From assembly GCA_964411615.1 (NCBI GenBank), contig CAYPLO010000033.1:1-19748 (forward strand): a stretch of 19,748 nt of DNA, read 5' to 3'. Origin of the DNA: an uncultured Aquificales bacterium (GTDB lineage Bacteria; Thermosulfidibacterota; Thermosulfidibacteria; Thermosulfidibacterales; Thermosulfidibacteraceae). The translations under genes and the position numbers were made by a program. The notes below the pieces were generated by a model, which saw nothing but the letters and a program-made list of their open reading frames with translations, was not told where the DNA came from and ran no database searches. Shown here piece by piece: positions 14,821-19,748 of the stretch (position 1 is the stretch's first letter; each line of letters opens with the position of its first letter).

Positions 14821-15093
14821 CTACTTCACCTTCTCCCTCAGGAGCTTGCCGGGCTTGAACTTGGGAACCTTGCAGGCGGGGATGATTATCTCTTCCTTGG
14901 TCTGTGGGTTCCTGCCCCTTCTCTCGGCCCTCTCGGCCACGTAGAAGGTGCCGAATCCCACCAAGGTCACCTTATCACCCTTTGCCAGGGCATCCATAAC
15001 GGCGTTGATGAAAGCGTCCAGGGCCTTCTCAGCGTTGGCCTTTGTTAATCCTGCCTCCTTTGATATGTAGGTTACCAGTTCGGCCTTGGTCAT
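14821..15093 (-). CDS. hup: DNA-binding protein HU (90 aa)
   Basis: MTKAELV...[12 protein letters not shown]...[11 protein letters not shown]...[16 protein letters not shown] at 15093-15091 with AGGAGGT upstream. Confidence 0.96.
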   Translation of the reverse strand: MTKAELVTYISKEAGLTKANAEKALDAFINAVMDALAKGDKVTLVGFGTFYVAERAERRGRNPQTKEEIIIPACKVPKFKPGKLLREKVK

Positions 15094-15130
15094 GGCGACC
15101 TCCTGTAAAGGTTTTTTATTCCTGAGAAAA

Positions 15131-15160
15131 ATGATATGGTGCTGCAAACGGGCTTGTCAA
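15131..15160 (-). promoter_or_regulatory. Putative sigma70 promoter of hup
   Basis: The minus strand reads TTGACA - 18 nt - TATCAT. Confidence 0.6.
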
Positions 15161-15209
15161 GTGTGTTTGAAGGTTAAATTGGCTCTAATCAAGGGTTTGG
15201 AGGTGTGCC

Positions 15210-15989
15210 ATGGTGGGCATTGTGGGGTTCGGTAGGATGGGGGAGGCCATAGCGAGGGGTCTGAAGACCCTCGGGGTGGAGCTCTGCACCTGCGACCCAT
15301 CCGAGGAGAGAAGAGAGGTTGCCAGGGCCCTTGACATCGCCGTGGAGGAGACGTGTTCTCAGGTGGCCTCCAGAAGCGAGACCCTCTTTCTGGCGGTGAA
15401 GCCCCAGGTCTTTCCCCAGGTGGCTAAGGAGCTTGAAGGCAGGGTGAATCACTGCATCGTTGTCTCCGTAATGGCTGGAATAGGTACCGGAAGGCTTAAG
15501 AAGGACCTCTCCATAGACAGGGTTGTGAGGGTCATGCCCAACACCCCCGCCCTCATAGGTGAGGGGGCAATAGCCTACTGCACGTCGGGTAGTTTTTCAG
15601 AAGAGGAGATTGAGGGGCTTGAGAGGATGCTATCTGTGCTCGGCAGGGTTGTCCCTGTTCCTGAGGCCTACATGGATGCAGTTACGGGACTTTCCGGTTC
15701 CGGCCCCGCCTACCTGTTTTTGTTCCTTGAGGCCTTGGAGGATGCGGGGGTGAGGGTGGGACTTCCCAGGGATGTGGCCAGAGCCCTGGCTGTGCAGACG
15801 GTTAAGGGGTCCGTTCTGCTTCTGGAAAGAACATCCCAGCCTCCCAGGGAGCTCATAAACGCCGTCACATCCCCCGGGGGAACCACCATAGCGGCGCTTC
15901 ACGCCCTTGAAAAAGGAGGGTTCAAGGGCCTAATAATGGATGCGGTGCTGAGAGCCACCGAAAGGTCTAAGGAGCTGGGGAATGGATGA
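15210..15989 (+). CDS. proC: Pyrroline-5-carboxylate reductase
   Basis: [57 protein letters not shown]. Confidence 0.96.
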   Translation: MVGIVGFGRMGEAIARGLKTLGVELCTCDPSEERREVARALDIAVEETCSQVASRSETLFLAVKPQVFPQVAKELEGRVNHCIVVSVMAGIGTGRLKKDLSIDRVVRVMPNTPALIGEGAIAYCTSGSFSEEEIEGLERMLSVLGRVVPVPEAYMDAVTGLSGSGPAYLFLFLEALEDAGVRVGLPRDVARALAVQTVKGSVLLLERTSQPPRELINAVTSPGGTTIAALHALEKGGFKGLIMDAVLRATERSKELGNG

Positions 15990-18765
15990 TTTTATATTGG
16001 TGAGGGGGGCCAGGGTCCACAATCTGAAGAACGTAGACGTTGACATACCCAAAAACGCCCTTGTGGTGATAACGGGGGTCTCCGGCTCCGGCAAGAGTTC
16101 CCTGGCCTTTGACACCATATACGCCGAAGGCTACAGGAGGTACGTTGAGTCTCTGTCCAGCTACGCCCGGCAGTTCCTTGAGGTGCTGGAGAAGCCCGAT
16201 GTGGATGCCATATACGGGCTCACCCCTTCCATAGCCATAGACCAGAAGAGCCTCTCCAGGAACCCCCGTTCCATCGTGGCCACAGTCACAGAGATTTACG
16301 ACTATCTGAGGCTGCTCTTTGCCAGGGTGGGGGAGGTCATCTGTCCAAACTGCAACATCCCCGTTGTGGGGCTGAGCGTTCAGGAGATGGTGGACATCAT
16401 CCTCTCTTATCCCGAGGGCACCAGGGCCATGATACTTGCCCCTGTGGTCAGGGGAAAGAAGGGGGAGCACAGGGAGCTTCTGGATTATCTGAGGAGGGAG
16501 GGGTTCGTAAGGGTAAGGGTTGATGGTGAGGTGAAGAGGCTGGACGAGCCCTTTGAGCTGGATAAGAACCGCCGCCACAGCATAGACGTGGTGGTTGACA
16601 GGATAAAGGTATCTCCCTCTGAAAGGGTGCGTATCACAGACTCTGTTGAGCTTGCTTTGAAGATGGCCGACGGCCTCATGGTGCTGTGGACCCCGCAGGA
16701 GGAGAGGGTATTCAGTCAGCACTTCTCCTGCCCCCATTGCGGCTTCTCAGTAGGTGAGCTGGACCCCAGGCTCTTCTCCTTCAACTCCCCCTACGGTGCC
16801 TGCAGGAGGTGTAAGGGGCTTGGCTTCACCCAGGAGATTGATGTCTCCTTGGCCATAAACGAGGAGCTGAGCATAGACGAAGGGGCCATCATCCCCCTCA
16901 AGAACAACGGCTACTGCATGAGGCTGATAAGGGCCATGTGCGAGACCCTCAGCGTTCCCACCGATATTCCCTTCAAGGAACTCCCCGATGACGCAAAAGA
17001 TGCCCTTTTATACGGCTCCATGGAGCCCATATATGTCAAGTCGGGCAGGAGGTACAGGCGGGAGTACTTCTTCGGCATAGTATCCATGCTGAGGGACCTG
17101 GCGGAGAGGGATGAGGAGGTGGCCCAGTCCTTCTATGTGAAGGTCCCCTGTGAGGACTGCGGGGGAACGAGGCTCAGGAGGGAGGCCCTTGCCGTTAAGG
17201 TGGGGGGCAAGAGCATAGCCGATGTGGTGAGGATGACGGTGGCTGAGGCCAGAGAGTTCTTTGAGAGCCTCAGCTTCTCCGGCTCCAAGGCCGTTGTTGC
17301 CGACAAGATTCTTAGGGAGATAAGGGCCCGGCTGAGGTTCCTTGATGAGGTGGGGCTGGACTACATAACCCTTGACAGGGAGGCATCCACCCTCTCAGGA
17401 GGAGAGGCCCAGAGGGTGAGGCTTGCAACCCAGATAGGCTCCACCCTCTCAGGGGTCACCTACGTGCTGGATGAGCCCACCATAGGACTTCATCCCAGGG
17501 ACACCAGAAGGCTCGTTGAGAATCTCAAGAGGCTGAAGGAGCTGGGCAACACGGTGATTGTGGTTGAGCACGACAGGGACGTGATAGAGGCTGCCGACCA
17601 TATAGTGGATTTGGGACCGGGAGGGGGTCAGAGAGGGGGAGAGGTTGTCTACTCTGGAACCGTTGAAGGTATTAAGAGCTGTGAGGCTTCCCTCACGGGA
17701 AGGTACCTGTCGGGCAGTCTCAGGGTGAGGGAGCCTGAGAGGAGGCGCCCCCACTCTCGCGGATACCTGGAGTTTCTGGGGGTGAGGCACAGGAACCTCA
17801 AGAACATCAATGTCAAGATACCCATTGGCTGTTTTGTGTGCATAACGGGTGTCTCCGGTTCGGGAAAGAGCAGCCTCCTCATGGAGGTGATATACCCCGC
17901 CCTTCACAACAGGCTGAACAGGGGGATGAGGCTTAAGGTGGGGGACCACGACGGTGTACGGGGCTGGGAATCCCTCGACAGGGTGATATGCGTGGACCAG
18001 TCCCCCATAGGGAGGACCCCCAGGTCCAATCCGGCCACCTACGTGGGCTTCTTCACCGCCATAAGGGAGCTTTTCGCCAGTGTTCCCGAGGCCAGGGCCA
18101 GGGGATACGCACCGGGCAGGTTCTCCTTCAACGTTGAAGGGGGAAGGTGCGAGAAGTGCAGGGGAGAGGGCTACATAAAGGTGGACATGCTATTTCTCCC
18201 CGATGTCTATGTGAAGTGCGATGCCTGCAGGGGGAGGCGCTACAACAGGGAGACCTTGGAGATACTCTACAAGGGCAAGAACATATCCGATGTGCTGGAG
18301 ATGACCGTTGAGGAGGCGGCGGAGTTCTTTGAGAACATACCCTCAGTGAAGAGGAAGCTGGACCTGCTGGTGGATGTGGGTCTGGGGTACCTCAAGATAG
18401 GGCAGCCAGCCACCACCCTCTCCGGTGGCGAGGCCCAGAGGATAAAGCTTGCCAAGGAGCTCACCAAGCGCTCAACGGGAAGGACCGTCTATATTCTGGA
18501 CGAACCGACGGTGGGGCTGCACATGGACGATGTGGACAAGCTGGTGGGTGTGCTCCAGAGGCTGGTTGATAGGGGAAACACGGTGATAGTGATAGAGCAC
18601 AACCTGGACGTGATAAAGAACGCCGACTACGTGATAGACTTGGGACCTGAGGGTGGTGACAGGGGTGGTTACATAGTGGCCGAGGGGACCCCTGAGGAGG
18701 TTGCCGCCTGTCCGGAGTCCTACACAGGGAGGTTTCTAAAAGAGGTGCTGCCTTTGACAATATAA
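15982..18765 (+). CDS. uvrA: Excinuclease ABC subunit A
   Basis: GARVHNLKN, two Walker A motifs ([10 protein letters not shown]), LSGGEAQR twice, LDEPT twice, three zinc-finger modules, [14 protein letters not shown]. Confidence 0.98.
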   Translation: MDDFILVRGARVHNLKNVDVDIPKNALVVITGVSGSGKSSLAFDTIYAEGYRRYVESLSSYARQFLEVLEKPDVDAIYGLTPSIAIDQKSLSRNPRSIVATVTEIYDYLRLLFARVGEVICPNCNIPVVGLSVQEMVDIILSYPEGTRAMILAPVVRGKKGEHRELLDYLRREGFVRVRVDGEVKRLDEPFELDKNRRHSIDVVVDRIKVSPSERVRITDSVELALKMADGLMVLWTPQEERVFSQHFSCPHCGFSVGELDPRLFSFNSPYGACRRCKGLGFTQEIDVSLAINEELSIDEGAIIPLKNNGYCMRLIRAMCETLSVPTDIPFKELPDDAKDALLYGSMEPIYVKSGRRYRREYFFGIVSMLRDLAERDEEVAQSFYVKVPCEDCGGTRLRREALAVKVGGKSIADVVRMTVAEAREFFESLSFSGSKAVVADKILREIRARLRFLDEVGLDYITLDREASTLSGGEAQRVRLATQIGSTLSGVTYVLDEPTIGLHPRDTRRLVENLKRLKELGNTVIVVEHDRDVIEAADHIVDLGPGGGQRGGEVVYSGTVEGIKSCEASLTGRYLSGSLRVREPERRRPHSRGYLEFLGVRHRNLKNINVKIPIGCFVCITGVSGSGKSSLLMEVIYPALHNRLNRGMRLKVGDHDGVRGWESLDRVICVDQSPIGRTPRSNPATYVGFFTAIRELFASVPEARARGYAPGRFSFNVEGGRCEKCRGEGYIKVDMLFLPDVYVKCDACRGRRYNRETLEILYKGKNISDVLEMTVEEAAEFFENIPSVKRKLDLLVDVGLGYLKIGQPATTLSGGEAQRIKLAKELTKRSTGRTVYILDEPTVGLHMDDVDKLVGVLQRLVDRGNTVIVIEHNLDVIKNADYVIDLGPEGGDRGGYIVAEGTPEEVAACPESYTGRFLKEVLPLTI

Positions 18766-18782
18766 GATTCTTGTAATAGAAT
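18754..18782 (+). promoter_or_regulatory. Putative sigma70 promoter of the por operon, overlapping the uvrA 3' end
   Basis: TTGACA (18754-18759), 17-nt spacer, TAGAAT (18777-18782). RBS AGGAGGT at 18801-18807. Confidence 0.7.
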
Positions 18783-18810
18783 GGCATTCAGTAAAGGGGA
18801 AGGAGGTAAG

Positions 18811-19362
18811 ATGGTAGAGATAAGGTTCCACGGAAGGGGTGGTCAGGGAGCTGTTACATCTGCTGAGATTCTGGCCAAGGCCGCCATAGCCGAGGGCAAA
18901 TACGCACAGGCGTTTCCCGCCTTCGGAGCTGAGAGGAGGGGTGCTCCCGTTCTCGCCTTCACCAGAATATCCGACGAGCCCATAAAGATAAGGATAGGCA
19001 TATACGAGCCCGACATGGTTGTTGTCCTGGACCCCACCCTCCTTAAAAGCATCCCTGTATTTAACGGACTTAAAGAGAACGGACTGGCCGTTATAAACAC
19101 CAACAAGGATTTTGGGGAGATAAGGAAGATAGAGGGGGCCAAGGGCAGGCTCGTTCTTGTGGATGCCACCAAGATAGCCATGGAGGAGCTGGGTGTTCCC
19201 ATCACCAATGTGGTGATGCTGGGGGCCCTTCTCAAGGGGAGTCCGGACCTGGTTAAGATGGAGCTTGTGGAGGAGTTCATAGCCGAGAGGTTCCCCAATC
19301 TTGCAGATGAGGAGATAAGGGCCTTCAGAAGGGCCTATGAAGAAGCGAGGGTGGAGGGATGA
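18811..19362 (+). CDS. porC: Pyruvate/2-oxoacid:ferredoxin oxidoreductase gamma subunit
   Basis: MVEIRFHGRGGQGAVT...AQAFPAFGAERRGAPV...ITNVVMLGA. Start moved to the ATG at 18811 because of the RBS; the ORF-track ATG at 18781 lies in the -10 box. Confidence 0.93.
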   Translation: MVEIRFHGRGGQGAVTSAEILAKAAIAEGKYAQAFPAFGAERRGAPVLAFTRISDEPIKIRIGIYEPDMVVVLDPTLLKSIPVFNGLKENGLAVINTNKDFGEIRKIEGAKGRLVLVDATKIAMEELGVPITNVVMLGALLKGSPDLVKMELVEEFIAERFPNLADEEIRAFRRAYEEARVEG

Positions 19363-19649
19363 GACTGAAGGAGAGACCTTCCTGGAAGGAGTTGCTGCCG
19401 GGCTGCATAATAGATGAGCCCGGTAACAGCGAGAACTACAAGACCGGCGACTGGAAGACCCTGAGGCCTGTGGTTGACAAGAGAAAGTGCATAAAGTGCG
19501 GCACCTGCTGGATATTCTGTCCCGAGTACGCCTACGAAGAGGATGAGTACGGCTATTTTAATCCAAACTACGATTACTGCAAGGGCTGTGGCATATGCGC
19601 CGTTGAGTGCCCGGCCCGGTGCATAACAATGGAGAGAGAGGAAGAATGA
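19359..19649 (+). CDS. porD: Pyruvate/2-oxoacid:ferredoxin oxidoreductase delta subunit (2x4Fe-4S)
   Basis: KTGDWKTLRPVVD..KCIKCGTCWIFCP...YDYCKGCGICAVECP. ATGA overlap with the gamma gene. Confidence 0.94.
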   Translation: MRLKERPSWKELLPGCIIDEPGNSENYKTGDWKTLRPVVDKRKCIKCGTCWIFCPEYAYEEDEYGYFNPNYDYCKGCGICAVECPARCITMEREEE

Positions 19650-19748
19650 GGCGCGTAGGCATAGAGGTGGCGGTGGCCATAGCGGAGGCGGCGGCGTTAG
19701 CTGGTGTGGAGGTGATATCTGCGTATCCCATAACGCCGCAGACCCACA
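19646..19748 (+). CDS. porA: Pyruvate/2-oxoacid:ferredoxin oxidoreductase alpha subunit, 5' fragment (runs off the window; absent from the ORF track)
   Basis: ATG at 19646 overlaps the porD stop. It translates as MRRVGIEVAVAIAEAAALAGVEVISAYPITPQTH, containing the YPITP signature. The gamma-delta-alpha order fits. Confidence 0.9.
   Translation, partial: MRRVGIEVAVAIAEAAALAGVEVISAYPITPQTH

Noticed and set aside
14821..19748. Functional link between the Hdr operon and hup/proC/uvrA/por
   Set aside because: These genes are separated by a hairpin and a strand switch, and hup and por have their own predicted promoters. Por could exchange ferredoxin with Hdr, but proximity alone is not evidence.
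1..19748. CRISPR arrays, tRNA/rRNA genes, IS elements, integrases, riboswitches
   Set aside because: Intergenic gaps are all under ~120 nt. I saw no regularly spaced repeats, no transposase or integrase motifs, and no recognisable structured RNA.

Overview
Gene-dense bacterial chromosomal window. The AGG/ATA-rich codon usage, strong GGAGG Shine-Dalgarno sites and anaerobic gene content suggest a thermophilic anaerobe, but the taxon cannot be fixed from sequence alone. From left to right it holds: the 3' end of an archaeal-type ATPase gene; an HcpR-like Crp/Fnr regulator whose stop codon sits inside a candidate FNR-type binding site; hybrid cluster protein (hcp) followed by a 60-aa winged-helix protein; a convergent 87-aa CxxC...CxxC protein; and an MgtC/SapB membrane protein. 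Next comes a ~10.8 kb, 8-gene heterodisulfide-reductase-like operon with its own promoter and end hairpin: FdhB/FrhB-like #1, hdrC, hdrB, hdrA with an inserted GltD/NfnB-like NAD(P)H module, mvhD #1, a tandem hdrA whose first half is degenerate, mvhD #2 and FdhB/FrhB-like #2. Housekeeping genes follow (HU, proC, uvrA), then the start of a porCDA 2-oxoacid:ferredoxin oxidoreductase operon. The most unusual element is the Hdr operon. It has two different HdrA-MvhD-FdhB-like arms for one HdrBC and no hydrogenase, FdhA, FlxA or MetF catalytic partner. Its second HdrA looks like a single-chain pseudo-dimer whose halves lost complementary cofactor motifs. No RNA genes, CRISPR arrays or mobile elements were seen. 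All product calls come from motif recognition; no database searches were run.
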